64,000 nt of DNA from Amoebophrya sp. A120 (lineage: Eukaryota; Protista; Dinoflagellata): NCBI GenBank assembly GCA_905178155.1, contig CAJINV010000001.1, positions 11,825,832 through 11,889,831 on the forward strand, read 5' to 3'. Below the pieces are notes generated by a model. It did no database searches. It had not been told where the DNA came from and worked only from the letters and a program-made list of their open reading frames with translations. Position numbers and translations under genes: made by a program. Position 1 is the stretch's first letter, and every line of letters begins with the position of its first letter. This document shows, piece after piece, positions 26,501 to 41,222 of the stretch.

Positions 26501-29500
26501 AAAGAACCTGCTGTGTTCATTACGTTAATACGATGTGATCGGAATGCCGAGATGAAGATGCGATCAAAAACAAATTACTTATGCCATAGACATACCTCTG
26601 CGATCTGCCGTCGGACCTGCTGCGTGAGGTCAGAAACGTCATCCGCCCCGTCTTCAGACAACTTCGGCGGTTGAAGCAGCAAGATCTCCAAAAGATCAAA
26701 CAAAGCTGCGGCGCACAGCAAATCCTGCAAGCAACTCCTCGCGGAACAGACCGTTGTCAAAGCAGCGAGATCGCGCACACTAAAGCCTTTCTCGGTCAGC
26801 ATGTTCCTTGGCACTGCGCGTTCCAAAAACGTCTTGACGGATGCTTCCCCCTCACCTGCTCCTGTGCCGGCCGCTGCGTCCGGGCCGCCGCCGGGTGAAC
26901 TTTTATCGCCCGATAGCTCTGTCCAGGCTTGAAAGTCCGAAACGAGACTGCAAACCCGTGAGTGGAGTTTGGAGTCCGTCCGTCCATCATATGCTTTCAA
27001 CAACGCGCTGCACCACGGAGATATGGGCTCGTCCGATCCAGCGCTTCCATCGTTGTAGTACAGAAACCGTTTCTGCCCCGGGTACATCAATTTCCGTGCG
27101 CTCTCCCCACCAAAATTGCGCATGAGGCCGGTCTGGAAAGTATCGACTGCAGTGCCCTCCGTAGCTTCAACATTCCCCGTACGACTCGCTCGCCGACTTA
27201 CGACCCGACTGTGCGACGTGCCGTCCGGGGAGGAGACTACTTCTACCGATACCGTCAGACCCCGGTCTGCGTCGTCGGGGGAGAATTCCAAAATCTCCTG
27301 TCCATTCACTTCCAGCGCGTAGACCCGGCTGTCTCCATCTTCGAAGCCTAGTCGTTTCCCGGTGGTCGTCTTGTTGAAGCCGAGGTCTTGCTGGATTGTC
27401 GGCGCACCGAGAGCAGCGACGACCTGTCCAGCTCGAGGCGGCGGGTGTGCGTCTAAAAACGCATGAACGGGCGAGTGCACTGGAAAAATATTACCGGATT
27501 GATATTCCATATGACTCTCAAACCCGTTCGGGACCGCACCGGTGACGCTGCTAGTAAGGCTGTCGATCCTTTGCACACCGATCGGAAACTCCTGTTGCTG
27601 CGGTATGTTGCGTGCTTGCAGTCGTGCTTGCTCAGCAGCCCCGGGCACTGCCACTTTTATGTCCGCCGTTCTCACAGACGCTGCCGTTGGACTTGTGCTC
27701 CCCTCGGTCGCTGCAAGGGATCTGTAGTACCGCTCAGCCGAGAAAGCCGAGCCCTCCGCACTCGCTCCGGGTCGATAGATCCGTCCTGGTGTCGGCGTGT
27801 TCGCCTTTTGGATGATGTTCTCGTGCTTGTGCACGGGCTCAAAAGTTTCCGGACCGCTTTCTAACCCCTCGGGCTCCGGTTTCTTGTGCTCCGCGACGGC
27901 TGCCTGTTCGGCCAACATTTCCGCCTCCGCGTGCTCTACTAAGTCGCGGAGGTGATGCTGCGAGTCCGCGGAATCCAGGCTCGGTGTGGTCTGATTGGAC
28001 GTGATTCGACGACTTGCGTTGCTATCCGATTCCGCACCTTTGGCGCTAGATTGTGGCACTTTGCTGATTTGCTTCGTACCGGTGTACGCGTCGCCGAGCG
28101 GCCCGGAGTACGTGCTGTGGGCCTCGGAATCGCTGCTCTTTGCTCCGTCGGATGCGGCACCCGTGAGCGGCTGCACGGGGTCAACGGACGACACGGCCTT
28201 TTCGACTCTGTTCGCACTCACGCTAGCAATCACTGGCGCTTCTTTAATGACGGTGGTCGGCATCAGACTTGGCTTCACCTCGATCGCGTGTTGAGTTCCG
28301 TTCGTGCTCAATCTACGGGGCGGAAGTATTTTGATGTGATGCTCGGTGGTACTGGTTTGTCTTAATCCGCGCGATTCGCTTGTTGTACGAGTTGGCTTCG
28401 TTTGCTCCTGCGCTGGTGCGCTCGCTGCGACCTGTACAGCCTCGTCAACTTCTCCCGCGCCCGTGTCTGCGCTTTCTGCTATCAGCGCTACCTTCTGTGC
28501 TTTTTTGTCATCAGAGTCCGCATCCGTGGCCGCGGCAACTCGCGGAGCAGGAGCGGATTTACCCTCCTTCCCCTCTACTCCGCTCACTATCTTCGTTCCG
28601 TTGAAGCCGGTTACTTCAGCGGGCTTTTGGTCCTCAAGGTGCTCTGTCATTTCTTCTACCTCGGTCGGGTTCCTTCCCGCTTCAAACATTTTTTCCGTCA
28701 CAGAAAGTTTTCGACCCTCGTTCGCGACCTCACCGACTGAGCTTGTGCTTGATCTGTTCAAGGGCTTCTTCTCCTGGTCTGCTCCTTTCGCACGCGCTTT
28801 CTGCCCGGTCGTCTCCGCATGAATGATTGGATGCGCGTCTAGGTATTTAGATAACAGAGCGCTTGAGCCCCCGTCCGTACTGGCGCCGTGGTCAACGGAG
28901 TGCACGAAATCGAGGCGGTGGTCCTCCTCTGCGGCTTGGTTAGAAGCAGCAGGGGGCGCTGCAATTCGTGCGGCAGTCTCCTCTACCTTTGCAGCTGCTG
29001 CTGCCGGCGCTGCTTTCATCTCGGAAGCAACTGCAATTGGCTGCTTGCCAGTGCTGTTCGCGTCTTTCTTTCGCTTTGTCGACGATTTCAAATCCATGTG
29101 CACACTGCCAGATTCCTTGCTGGATGAAGATTTTTCCGACTGCGAAGAAACATTCACGTTCATGACCGCGTCAGGATGAGGAACATCCGCACTCTTGTCC
29201 TTGCTACCTGCACCGGTATTTGCAGCAACTTTCGCGCTAGCTTTGACGTCTGAAGATGCCGGTTGCTTTCCGGGCCCACGAGAAGCAATGCCTGGAGCTT
29301 TCCTAGCAGTTGAATCCGTGCGGACTGGCTCTTGCGGTGTCCCTGTCGGCGGAAAATCTTCCGCATCCGCGCCACCTCCCATTAATTGCTGAAAAAAATG
29401 GTCCGTTTTTTTTGGACGGCCGATTTTGCCCGCCATACCACCCACGCCGGCAACTGTGCTGCCTTTGCTTGATGGCGCTGAGCTACTTGCCACACGACCT

Positions 29501-32500
29501 ATTCGACCGGGCGCCGGCGGTGCGGGATTGCTCGTTTTACTTGACACCGCTGAAGAACTCGGCGCCGCCTTTGCCAGCACCGGGCCGCGCGACTTTTGTT
29601 CAGCACCCGGCGGCCGCTTCGGTTGCAGAGACGACTTTTCATCCTCACTCGAACTCTTTGCAACTTTCGCAGCCTCTTCTTCACTCGAGCTGGCGCCTCC
29701 ACCGATGAGAGTGACAGCGGGCGCGGAGTCATCGACCGTGACGCGCTTGCCAGGAAAAGTACTTGCTTGCTTCGACGTAATTTCCTCACTTCTTGCATCA
29801 GCATGATCCGGTGACGACGGAACAGCAGCCGCCTGGGAGTCGTGGTCGTCCTGTTGCAAACTCGGGCTGGAAACGTCTTCCGAACGCTCCGGCCGAGCCG
29901 GCGCGCCCTCGGAGTCGCCTGCTGGGCCGATATCTGCCTCGGAGTCGGTGCCCGGCACCGAACCCGCGGACAACACCGAACCCCCACCGCCGCCCGAATG
30001 GTCCTCGTCACTGTGTATGTTTTTCGTCCCTGCTTCCGAATTCGTCTGCAGGATTCTTTTGGACTCGGTCAGACTTGCCGCAAGTGGCTCCCCTTCCGGA
30101 TTCGACGGCTCTACTGATGCGGACAGCTCAAACTGCTCGTCTGTTGCCTGCAGCAGTTCCTGTCCGCGCGTGGAGATCATGTTGCCACGGGCGAGCGCCG
30201 CATTTACGTTCGTCGCTTGTTGCGATTCTGGTTCCGCTGCCTGTTGTTCCTGCTCCACCTCGCTTTCCGGCGCCGAACCCTGGAAGGAAGCATCATCTCG
30301 ATTGCCTGAAGGAAATGCTGGTGCCCCTTCGTCCGACGATCCACCCGGAGGTAAAACGTCGAGATCCTCTGCCTCCTTCGGCTGCTCCTGCTCCTGATCC
30401 GTATCAGTTACACTCATGTCATATCAAATGTAAAAATGTCTGGGCCTGGAAGAGAGCAACTTGTGATGCTGAATTTGGATTCCAAAAAAATCTGTATTAC
30501 ATGAGCAGCAAAGGGAATGGAATTTTTGCTACGCGGAGAGGGCATTTGTCATGCGGAATAGGCACCGCGAAGCCCTCAAAAAAGCTGTGATGCTAGGGCA
30601 TGCATCACAGACATCATGGCCAATGCAAAACATGCATGACAAGTCTCAGAATCTTCCAGACCCAGACATTTTTACATTTGATATGTCACTGAAGGTGTCC
30701 CGGGGATTTCTCATCGAATTCGCTGGAACGGGGGCTAAGCCGACTTTCTTCTGTTCTTTTTGTCCGACCGCGAGAGCATTGACGTTCGCTTGCGACAGTA
30801 CAGGACCGCCGTTGTCATCTTCCATTCGCATCAGCTCTGGCACCGTACCCCCGTCACTGCTCGCTGGGAAACCGCTGCTCTGTACGCTCGCCTGCAGATT
30901 GTCACCTGCCGCAGCTGCTGCTCCGCTGCTCATCGGCACGTCAACATCCTCGTGCGCTTCGTCCGTCCCAAGCTGGCCACGGTTGAATACGGGCTCGCCA
31001 ACATCTTCTTGCGCTTGCACCTCTATAGCTGCATCGTGCTCCACAATTTCGTCTGAGTCTATCTCCTCCGCCTGCTCCCCGGCCGCGGTCTGGGCGGCGT
31101 CTGGTTGCCCTTGGTCAGCGCCGGGGTCTTCGTCATACTCTTGGAATTCCCCATGTTCGTCGTAGTACCCGGCGCCGCTGCCGTCGTGATAGTTCCCATC
31201 GTCGTCGTAGAAGCCTCCGTAATGGTCATACCCCTCTGCATCGAAACCGTGCTCGTCGTACTGCCGAACGTCTGGCTCTTTCGAAGCAGCTGGTGAGGAT
31301 CCCCCGAGATGATCGTCACTTGATGCCGCAGGTAGATTCTGATCTTCCGGTGAGCTTTGACTTGTTTTTACCGCTATTTCTGGATTAACTTCACCTGGTT
31401 CAGTTGTTACATTTTCCTCTTGAACTGCTTCCAGATCCCCCGCCGTGCTTCTCCGCTTTGTCATTGCGTCCGAGAACCGCTGCCCCAGCGCCATACCAGC
31501 TTCCGCCTCGTTGTCCGAGTAGGTGTCGCCGTGAAGGAGCTCTTTTTCCTCGTATTCCGCCTGGTGGTGGTGCTCATCCCCCTCGACAACAGGATTCAGA
31601 CCCTGTTCCGGCGCGAGCAGGGGGCCGCCCTCCGGCACGATTGACCTTTTGAAGGGACTATTGCCTCCTAAAAACTTGTCCGTTTGCAGCATGTTCAGGA
31701 AGCTCGGGCGCGCGGTGCCAGTGGTTGGAGGCGGCGTGAGACGAGTCGACGTCGATGGTGCTCTAGTACTGTCCGCAGACTGCTGTTCTTTAGCCGTGCT
31801 AAGTGTCAAATCACCCTCGTGCACCTGCTGCTGTACTACTTCACCCTCCTGCGTCGGCTCGTCGTAATACATGAGCAGAACTTCCTTCGCCGCAGGGTCG
31901 ACTACATCAAGACCGTCGTTGCTATTCGCTACGAAGTCGAGAAAGGAGCCTAAGTGTTCCTTCCCTTGCAGCCACGCGTTACCGTACTGTTGGAACAGAA
32001 CTTCGGCGGTCGCCGCGTCCTGCATTTTCTGTTTGATAGGCGAGTCTCCCAGCGAAGATCTATTTTGCCCGAGTTTTCTTGTTCCAAACGACGCTTCCTT
32101 GCCGGCCCGCCTCATCGGGCTATCCTCCTCCGCCACAACGCCCGCTTCATCCAGCGCCTGATCCCAATAGTTGTTGGTTAGACTGTTTAGAAACCGCATC
32201 TCATCTCTTTGCACCAAGGGGATCTTGTCGGGAGAATCAGGCGGCATGTCGTAGAACGGCAGTTCCACGGAGACAGCGGGAGTGGTTTCTTCGGCCTTTT
32301 TTCCAACATCTTCAACCTCAGTTGTGAAAGCCTCGCTAGACAATGTGGCCGGTCCTTCCGCTGCTCCCGCTTCTATCCCCTCTGCAATGAATTCCACCTT
32401 TTTCTTTTTTGTTTCGTCTCGCTTGACGCGGTCTCCTTCCACTGGCTCCTCTTGCTGCAAAATTTCCGCAACTTTCTTGCTCTCCCGGCGCAGGTCGAAA

Positions 32501-33324
32501 TCAGAAGACGAGCTGGACGCTTCTTCCGCCTCTTTCTCGTCCTTTTCCTTCTGCACAGCTTCGACTTGCGCTGCGAAAAACTTAAGCGGGTCCCCGGAGA
32601 CCTCGATCGGAACCGCAGGGCTCTTCGCGACCACAATCGCTGCATCTGCGTACTGCCCGTCATCCTCAATACGGTCAAAATTTGCTAAATTTCCCAAACA
32701 CAGCACATGGCCGACCCCCGGAATCGCAGCGTCCTCTGCCCTTGCCACAACTGTGCCTGCTTTCCAGTCCTTGTATTGCTTCCTCCATCTGGGCACCACT
32801 ATCCGCTGCTCCACCTGCGAAAGACGCTCGATCGTGAGACTGGAGAAAATTGGTCGCGTGCGGTTGACAAAAAAGAGCTCCCCCTCAGCGATCTCAGGCG
32901 TTGACAGAAACGCCCCGAGAACGAGCCCGGTGGCCCGCGTCCACGCGGCTTCAGACCCTACTTCCTGGGACCGGATTAGATGCCCCTCCGCTTCGTACAC
33001 GAACTCCTCAATGGCCAAATCGATGAACCTCGGGATCTCCGCAAGTGCCGCGTGGTTTGCAATGTCCACACTGTCTGCAATCAAGGGTAGTTTTGCGGTG
33101 TGCACAGAAAATAGAGCACAGCAAATTTTCTTGTAGTCCTGAAACAGCGCCGGGTCGATCTGAACCTGGTCGCGAACTTTCCGGATATAGCCTCGCTCAA
33201 ACAACGCCGTCGCTTCGACGTCCTTGGAAACTACTTCGTGCGTGGTCAGAAACTTCCCATTAGCGTCAATCAAGTGCAGGTAAAGCACCAAATCCCCAAC
33301 GGGAGCAAACTCAAAGTGAATCAT
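17582..33324 (-). CDS. Giant hypothetical protein (~4,850 aa): disordered middle and a tandemly duplicated helical region
   Basis: Exons 33324-30684, 30416-26596, 26104-23681, 23525-22880, 22752-21470 and 21313-17582 join in frame through one TIR intron and four GT-AG introns. The 5' end is uncertain. Confidence 0.7.
30422..30683. mobile_element. TIR non-canonical intron, family A
   Basis: TIR TATCAAATGTAAAAATGTCTGGG[C/T]CTGGAAGA. TSD TGTCA at 30417-30421 and 30684-30688. Removal fuses the 892-aa and 1280-aa ORFs (TFSD-M-SVTD). Confidence 0.95.
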
Positions 33325-34257
33325 ATTTGTATTTCAAAGTGGTGTTATCAAAAAAATACAGTGTGTCAAAGTGCATGAAAACCAAAAGTGAAAGCGATTG
33401 ATACAGAAGGGTGGTAAGTAGTGTAAAACGGTTTAGTGTACAAGAATAGCAGCAAAGCAAGCTTGCGCTTGATACAAGCGCAGTCGTCCAAAAAAAGGTG
33501 TACAAAAAGCACGCACTAATTTCTGAAAAATGAAAAGCACGAAACGTTTCGAAGACTTTGAATATGACGATGGGATGCTTTGATAGCAAAGAACAGGACG
33601 ATCACGATCTGAACTTTTTTCACGACCGACCCACGATTTAAGGACTAACATCACGTCTTGAAGCCCGACCTCTTTTTGTGACCGATAAATGTTGGCACCG
33701 ATTCAGAGCAAACGATATGTCGAGTCCCAACCAGCAAAACGAAAACGCAAGACGTCATGCGCTTTTCCAACTCTACCACTACGGTATCACCGGATTCCAA
33801 AGTTGTACCTTTTGGAATCTAGGAAAAGTACATTCTGTCAATCTCACGGGCTGCGACAAGAAACTTATTCTACAGTGTTGGAGGTTGCCCGTTGTGAGGG
33901 AAACGATCACGATTACGTCTGGTAGTACATTAATTCAGTTTTTGAATACAGTATTAGATTCGTGGGCACTGCTTCACGGCAGGAGGAAGCCCCACGTGTA
34001 TTTTTCCACCTACATACGTGAGAAGTAAAAGTCAGTAGAATAGTCTTTCCGTGCTAACTAGGATCAACATTGGTAAAGAACTGAAACTGTTTCCGACAGC
34101 TAACATTAATTTCATTTTCGTAGCAACATCCTACATTTGAATTTGAAACTTCGTCCTCAGAGATGATACACTTTACAAATCGTAGTTTCATTGCTTGTAT
34201 TGCTGCAGAATCCTTCAAGATGACGTACTAAAAATTCTGATCATACAAAGTACACGC

Positions 34258-37200
34258 TCACATATTTTCAGCTTGGCTGGTTTGTACATCGCTCGCTGGA
34301 TTCGCGTCTTCCACCAAAACCACCCCGTCACCGACTTCCAGCACCCGCAATTCCGGTGGTGGCGCCGCGCTGTGCTCGCCCTCGATACGTACCTTCGCTT
34401 TCGCTTTTCCTTTCACCGCTGGTGGTGGAGATTTTCCGGCGACTTTCGGCGTTCCTGCCTTCTTCGCGGCGGCCACGGGGGACTTTGCGCTCGCCGCTTT
34501 ACTACTTGCTCCGGCTTTTTTTGCGGCTACCGCGGGAGACGTCGATTGGAGATCCGATGCCGCTTTCTTGGTCGACGTGCTGGCTTTCTTTTTTGTCGCT
34601 GCTTTCTTTTTCACGACAGGACCGTCGGGAGCAGAAACCGGCATTGTGTCGACGACAATTGGTATAGTACCGTCATCGTCCGCGTTGTTCACAATTACGA
34701 CCGGTTCGGCCGGTGGCGGAACGGCTACGGGCATCGCAGACTGCGGCAACGTCGGACTTTCCGGCTCCTGCAACTGGGCTGCTTGGGCGGCGGAGCTGCG
34801 AATCGGCTCAGGAGTCGTTGAAGGTTGGGCGGTGTCGTCTATCACCGTCACGTAGGCCCGGCGGTCAACATCCTGCGAAGTTCATGCGTTTTAGACATAC
34901 AGCAGGCAAAGGCATCTTCAGCAATTACAACAGTCAACCTCAGAGTGAGAATACAAGTGCATCCAATGCCGACAAAAAAAACCAAAGAATCTATACGTCC
35001 TTCTTCTCCTCCTTCGCTGTACCCATGGGCGTAATCCGCTTATCGAGCAGCTTCTGCAGCCACGGCGCAAACTGGTACGGTGTCGGCGACGCAAGCCCGC
35101 CACCGCCGTCTTCGGGCGAGCTCGGGGAGGAGGGTGGCGCTGCCTTTGCCGGTGATCCTCCAACGACGCTTGCGCCGCCAGTTCGCAGCGACGGCACAAA
35201 CAGCAATGATTCCGTCTGGTCGCTCCCGCGGACCAAATAACTCCTCTCCTGCGGTGGTACGTACTCTCCTCGTAGCCTCGCCTGCAGCATTTTGTGTTCT
35301 TCCGTGTTTTCCAACCGTCTGCGGTCGCGAAACACGCGGTCTTTCGCCTTTGCCGGGGGCGATTCCGGTGGCGAGGCAGGTTTTGGCTCTTCGGCGCCAA
35401 ACAGGTAGCGCGACGTGCCCGGTTTGCGGACGTACTGCTTTCCACCCTTCGCGACAATAGAAAATGCTTTTTTGAACGCGTTTTGGAACAGGGTGTTCTG
35501 TTCGGCGAAAGAGGTTTCCAGATCGGGCGTGAAGTAGTTCGGCCTTTCGATCAAGTTTTTTTCAACCGAAGTATCCCGGTCCCCGTCGGGCTGCCGAAGC
35601 GAGAAGCCGCCCACGGACGCCGCACGGATCTCCTCTTGATTGTGTTTTTTCATTTCCGCTCTTCGTATCCGCTCCTTGCGCTCGCTTTCCTCTTCTTCTG
35701 CAATTATTGCGGCCAAATTCTTCATAGGCGACAACTGGACGCCAGTTATTATGTTTTGTCCGACGGCAAGATTCGCACGCGCCTGCTTGATATTGTTGCC
35801 GAACGCCTCTGCGTAGGCCTGCGCTTCTGCTGCGAAGTCTGTCGTTTTCGGTGCTGCTACTGGTGAAGTTTCTTCTTCTTCATCTTCTTCTTGTTCTACT
35901 CTTGGAGTGTAGTGGTCTGCCATCGCGGGAGCTGCCGGTCGCACAGAAGGCTCTAAGTGCGGCACTTCTCCTTCTGGGATTCGTACCGGTCCCCTGGCAA
36001 CATAACCACCCCGCATCGGCGTGTGCTCCCGAGGTTCCGCGGGTTGCTGCCGGGTAGAAGTATGGTGCGACGACCCCGCGGCGGAAAGCGGACCCCTCGA
36101 AGGTGGTCCTCTGGGCGCGAGCGCCGCCAACCTTGCGGACTCGGCCTTCTGCTTCAACACTGCCATCCTCTCTCTCTCCGCCGCGGCATTCGAATCACGA
36201 CTCTCCTTCGACATCCATTTCTCGTAGAACGCGGCCAACGACTGCGTGCTGCCTCGGTGGGTGTCTCTGGATTTTGAGTGATGATCTTCCGCCAGAGCTG
36301 CTTTAAAGCTTTTGTGCTCCGACTCAGCATCGGATGCGAACTCCGCGTACACCTCAGAAACTTTGCTGTTTCTTGTAGTACTTTGTTCCTGCTGCTGGTG
36401 ATGCCCGGCATTGTTCACCGAGTTTGTGTCGTGCAAGTGTGTAAACAGGTTGTGCGTCTTGCGCGCCCGCAACGCTCCTAAAGCGTTGGTGTTCGGAGTG
36501 GGAAGCGGCACTTTTTCCGCTTTCAACTGCGGCACAGCAAGCGGTCCGACCGGTGTCTCTTCGAACCGCCGTGTCAGTGTTGGCGCGTTTCGTATCGGTT
36601 GAATGTTTAAGACACCGCACTTCAGGCGATTCAAGGCCGTCAGAATCTCTGCGACATTCTGCGTTCGCTGCGAAATCCCGTCCGGGCTTTGCGTCCTTGG
36701 CGGGGAGGACGTGCTACCGATCCGTCTCGCCATACTGGTCGGCTTCGGGGAACTTGCAGGGCGGACCAACGCGTTTGAATACTGGATGGGCGACTTGTTG
36801 GTTGATGTCACGGCGGTGGTCGGAGCAAACACAGGTGGACCTCCTCCGGACTCTATCGTCGGCTCCGCGTTAGTTTGTTCCCCCTCCGCTGCGTACCGCC
36901 GCGCTAGTATTTCGTTGGAGAATACTACGGGAGGCTCGCTGTTATTCCCGCCCGCTCGGTCGCTGGCGGCCGCGCTTTCTGTTGCAGACAGCCCGCTAGT
37001 GAGTGCGTATTCGGAAGAAGATTCGTATTGTTCCGCGTAGTACTTCATCGGAGGCGGTTTTGCTTGTCCCAGCGGCTGCTTCTCATCGGGAATAGAGCTC
37101 TCCTCTTCAGAAGAATCATCTTCCGGTTCGCCGTAGTAAAGCAACGGCAAGCCACGCAAATCCGCGTCGTTCTTCTTTTTCGGTCTCAGCCACGGAATGC

Positions 37201-40200
37201 AATGCTGTCCCTCCACCAAAGGACTGGCAGTGCGGACCGAGTCGTCACCTCCCGATGAGTTATACGATTTCGCGGGAGAAGCAGATGAAGACCCACCGAA
37301 CCACCGACTAGCAGGGCCTTTCAGGAGAGACGTGAAGAGGTTTCTGTTGTTGGATGAGGAGGGTACTACCGCTCCCCTCCTGCTGTGCTTCATTGCTCTT
37401 CTTCTCGTTGTCGATCCAGATGTGCCGTTTTCGTGCGCGTTGTTGCGCTCCGCCTGCTGGTCTAGTGCTTCTCTGCTGCTGCTGGAACACAGAAAGCTTT
37501 GTAGAGGTTCCACCGCTGCTGCGCTCGAGCTGTCACCAATCCGCTGCGACGCCTCGATCGTTTTTTCTTCTTCGTCGTCGTCGTCGTCGGACGAGCAGTC
37601 CTCGCTGCTGTCATCTTGTTCAGGCACTGGATACAGAGCCGTGTTCCCGACTAGCGTCTGCTGGTACTCTGACTCCACGCCGTTTATTTCACGTTCTTCA
37701 CTGAAACTACCACTTCGCTGACTGTTCTCGTTTCTTTTCCCCAATACGCTGTCGTCCTCCGTGTCCGCCTGGATGTACTGATTTCTCGCATCATCTCCAT
37801 CGTGACCACTCTGTTCGGGAGCACAAACTTGGTTCATCTCTTCCTCCCACTTCGCGCGATAGGACGCTTCGCGCAAGGTTGCACTCGGTGCTCCCATCAG
37901 TCGCATCATCTCCAGGCAAGCGTCTTGACCCAGGAGCTTCTTGTCCAGCATGGGCTTGATGTCACCTTGTTCATGTGGTTGGCTCAGTGTTGGCAAAACA
38001 GTTGATCTTGGTGTGAGGCACGGAGGTGCTTGATGTTCATTGTGTTTTCGCTCCCTAGCAGCGCTGGTGTCGGTAGCAATCGTTGCGCTATGCAGCTCGT
38101 CGCCTGTTTGCATCACGGCCTCCACTTTCTTGGGACTCCACCCGGCTACTTCTTCTGCAAATTCGAGAAGCTCTGCAGACACATCTGCTTCGCCGTAGAG
38201 CTCCTGCCCTAGCAGCTCGCGAACGAGGGCGGCTGCGCGACTTCCGAAAGTTGGCGACGGCTCGGGGAAGAAAAGCATGCGGCTGCCGCTGCGGTTCTCG
38301 AGCGCATTTGGGACTTCTCTCCGCTTGGCCTCGTGGTCGGGGCTGTGGTCTACGTTGCAGTTATTATCGTCTTCGGTTGTTCCCAGAATGTCGGCGGTGT
38401 TTCTGCCAGCGAGCTGGAGATACTGCCTCTGTGCCTCTTTTGCACCCGAACCGCTGCTCCCGCTGTTTGCAGTGTAGCTTTGCACCGCAAGGGCGCTGGA
38501 TGGTGCTCGGGGCGCACTTGGAAAGTCAAAGATGTTTTTCTTCGCACTTGGCGGCGTGCCTCGCGCTCCTGCTGCGAAGCCGAACAGCGAGGTTTTCGGA
38601 ACGCCTGCATGCCCAGAGCGCAGATCGAATTGCTGCGCCGGTAACGACACGCGCGGCAACTCTCGTTGTTCTAGTATCGGCGTGCGAGCTTGCTGATCCG
38701 TTTTTGCGGGTGAAACACTCCTCTCCACCTCCACGCGTCTTCGCGGTGGGGAAAAATTTCGGAACATTGCCGGCGGGTCCGCAAGTGCGGGAACCGCCAA
38801 GGGGGGCGGCGGTGCGAGCTTCAGTGCGGTCGGCGCCGGAAAATTGGTCCGCGGGGAGTTTATCGTTCTCGGAACTGAGACGGCTCTTGCCTTGTTTGCT
38901 GACGACGATGTTACCGATTGATTTTTCTGTGCGGCCAGAAGTTCTTCCAGCGATGGCAGATCCGCTCTCCGGTCCTTGTCGTTGACGTTCAGGTTCGAGA
39001 TTAGCGCCCGCATCTTCCGGGAGAAAGTGTCTGCGGTCTTGCCGGGCTGCGCAGAGTGCTGCTGCATGTGTCGCATGTACTTAATCAGGTCCTCGCGCTC
39101 CATATCTAGCACGTCCGGGTGAAATTCGTCCACGCCCAAGTGGTGCGCAATCTTGCTCTGTCGCGGGGGTGTGCCCGTCCGCTGAATCGATGAGCCGGAT
39201 AGTCGCTGTTTGATAAGAATGGCACTGTGAAACAAATGGACATGACCGTCGGTCATCGATCTTCAAAACATTAGAGTAAGATGATGTCTTTTCTGACTAA
39301 AATCAAGAAGTTTACGTACCTCCAGTCCCCCGCCTGCGCGCGCGGACGAGTCCGACTCCGCCTCTTCCGTGCTCATGCCCCGTGGGTTCACCTCGAGACT
39401 CGAGGCACGCGAGTCTTCTGGTACGTCGCCCGCTCCCGGAACACGGACGTTGATGGGCAGTGGCAGAGTGTCCACCATCTTCCACCGGTCCTCCTTTCGC
39501 AGCGCCGTTAAGTTCGGTTGATCGCGATCTCGGTCGAACAAATTGGAGCGCAGAAACTGCGTCTGAATCCACTTCTGTTTGTCCCAAGCTGTGCTCACGG
39601 GCGGGGGAGGCGGCGGGGGAGGAGGCGGCGGCTCCACGACCGGCTCTTCCACTTTCTCCAGCGCCATCAACGCGGTCGCTTGACGCGTGATGATGCGCTT
39701 TTCGATGTTTTGCGGCACATGCGCATCGTCGCTGTCGCCGGACTTCGGAGACAAAGACGTCGCAACCGGAGACGCAGGCGATCTAGAAGCGATTTCCTTG
39801 CTCGGCGGCCGGTTCAGGACCTGCTTCTCCTTCTCCGCTTGCTCCGCGGCCAACCGCCCTAAGCGCCGCTCCTCGCGCGAGGGACGAGAGTCGCTCGCAA
39901 ACGCGGGGCCACTCTTTTTTCCCGGCTTTGCCGCTTTCGGCTTTGCGGCCTCCGGGTCGGTGGTGGTTTTGGCCTCCGCCGCCGCCGCCGGGACCGCATT
40001 TCCCCCTCCTGCTACCACCGGTGGCGTCTCGCTACTTAAGCCGATCGCGTTCAGCACCGCCTTCCCTGCAACGGACCTCTCAATTCCGCTCGGAAAAATG
40101 GCCTCTCCTTCGGAGTTGACGCCCGGCGGCAAGGTCCGGAGGGCGGGGTAGGAAGCAGCTCCTCCACCCACCTCCCGGGAATAACTCCGCTTTCCCGTTA

Positions 40201-41222
40201 GTTGCGAGACCTGCGATCGGCTGGACGCAACGCTCATCGGCGGACTCGCCGCGGTTCCTTCGCCGAACATCTCGCCGATCAGCAGGGGCGGGGAATTTCC
40301 CCCCCGGCCGCTTGGATGCGCCGCCGAAGCCGTAGGACTGCTCACCGCGGCTTTTGGCTTCGGCGAGGTTTTTCCTTTTGGGCTGGTCGCTGCTGCTTTG
40401 GTGCCCGTGCGGGCACCGCTCTTCGCCGGGGCGGGTGCCGCTTTTTCCGGTGGCAAGAAGAAAAACACCCCCGGGACCGGGTGTGTGTGCTGGAACCCCT
40501 CCTCTGTTTGCGCAGTAGATGCGCTTCGCGGTCGGTTGGGTTTCACCTCGGCAGCAGGAGTTGTAGACAAGTCGACTCGCGGCGTCAGAGACGCGTCCGC
40601 AAATCGGTGCAGCGGCGAGGAATACCGGCGTGCACTGCGTATCCGCGCGGACCGTCGAGCCTATCGAAATGATACAACGCACTTACGTAATCGCGTTTAG
40701 GTCTCGAAAGTCATCAATGTGCAATTGAGTTTTTCACCGTTGACGCCGAGTGGGAAAAAATGCATGAAAAAATATGTAGTTCTTACCGCTCGTCTTCCCT
40801 CCGACTTCAGACGCTTTTGTCGAAGCATCTCACACCGAATGTCTAGTAAAGCGGGGTGAATGCAGCTGCTGAGGAACTTCAGAAACCGGTCACGATTACT
40901 GCAAGCCCACAGCACCGTGTCTTTCACCTGCAAGAACGTGCATAAACAGTAGGCCAGTGGCCTCTAGAGCAGCATTGATTTCGCACAGAAACAGATCCAA
41001 GGAGTGGGGAAAACAAAATTCCTACAAACGAAAACCAGTCAAACGCACGACTACCTCCGGCGGCCAGTCGACTCCACAGCCGAGAGTTCGAGAAAAGAAT
41101 AACCACCGATCGCGATGCTTCTCCACATCCGCGTAGATGTGCTGTGCGATAGACAAGTTCAAGTCTACAAACTCGTAGCGCTGCATCAAGCAGGCCGAGA
41201 CGTCCAATGCCATGCAATCCAT
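34258..41222 (-). CDS. Large hypothetical Pro/Ser/Ala-rich, largely disordered protein (~2,150 aa)
   Basis: ORFs 41022-41258, 40697-40933, 39263-40570, 34991-39256 and 34258-34851 link in frame through GT-AG introns (WPPE|VKDT, GRRA|ARRS, GGLE|RLSG, KKD|DVDR). The start is tentative. Confidence 0.6.

Noticed and set aside
33330-33760. Possible further TIR intron or upstream exons of the giant gene (several TATC/GATA ends)
   Set aside because: No matching 5-bp TSD or extended TIR could be found.
17643-40700. Numerous 60-300 aa plus-strand ORFs opposite the large genes
   Set aside because: Antisense shadows of GC-rich coding sequence.
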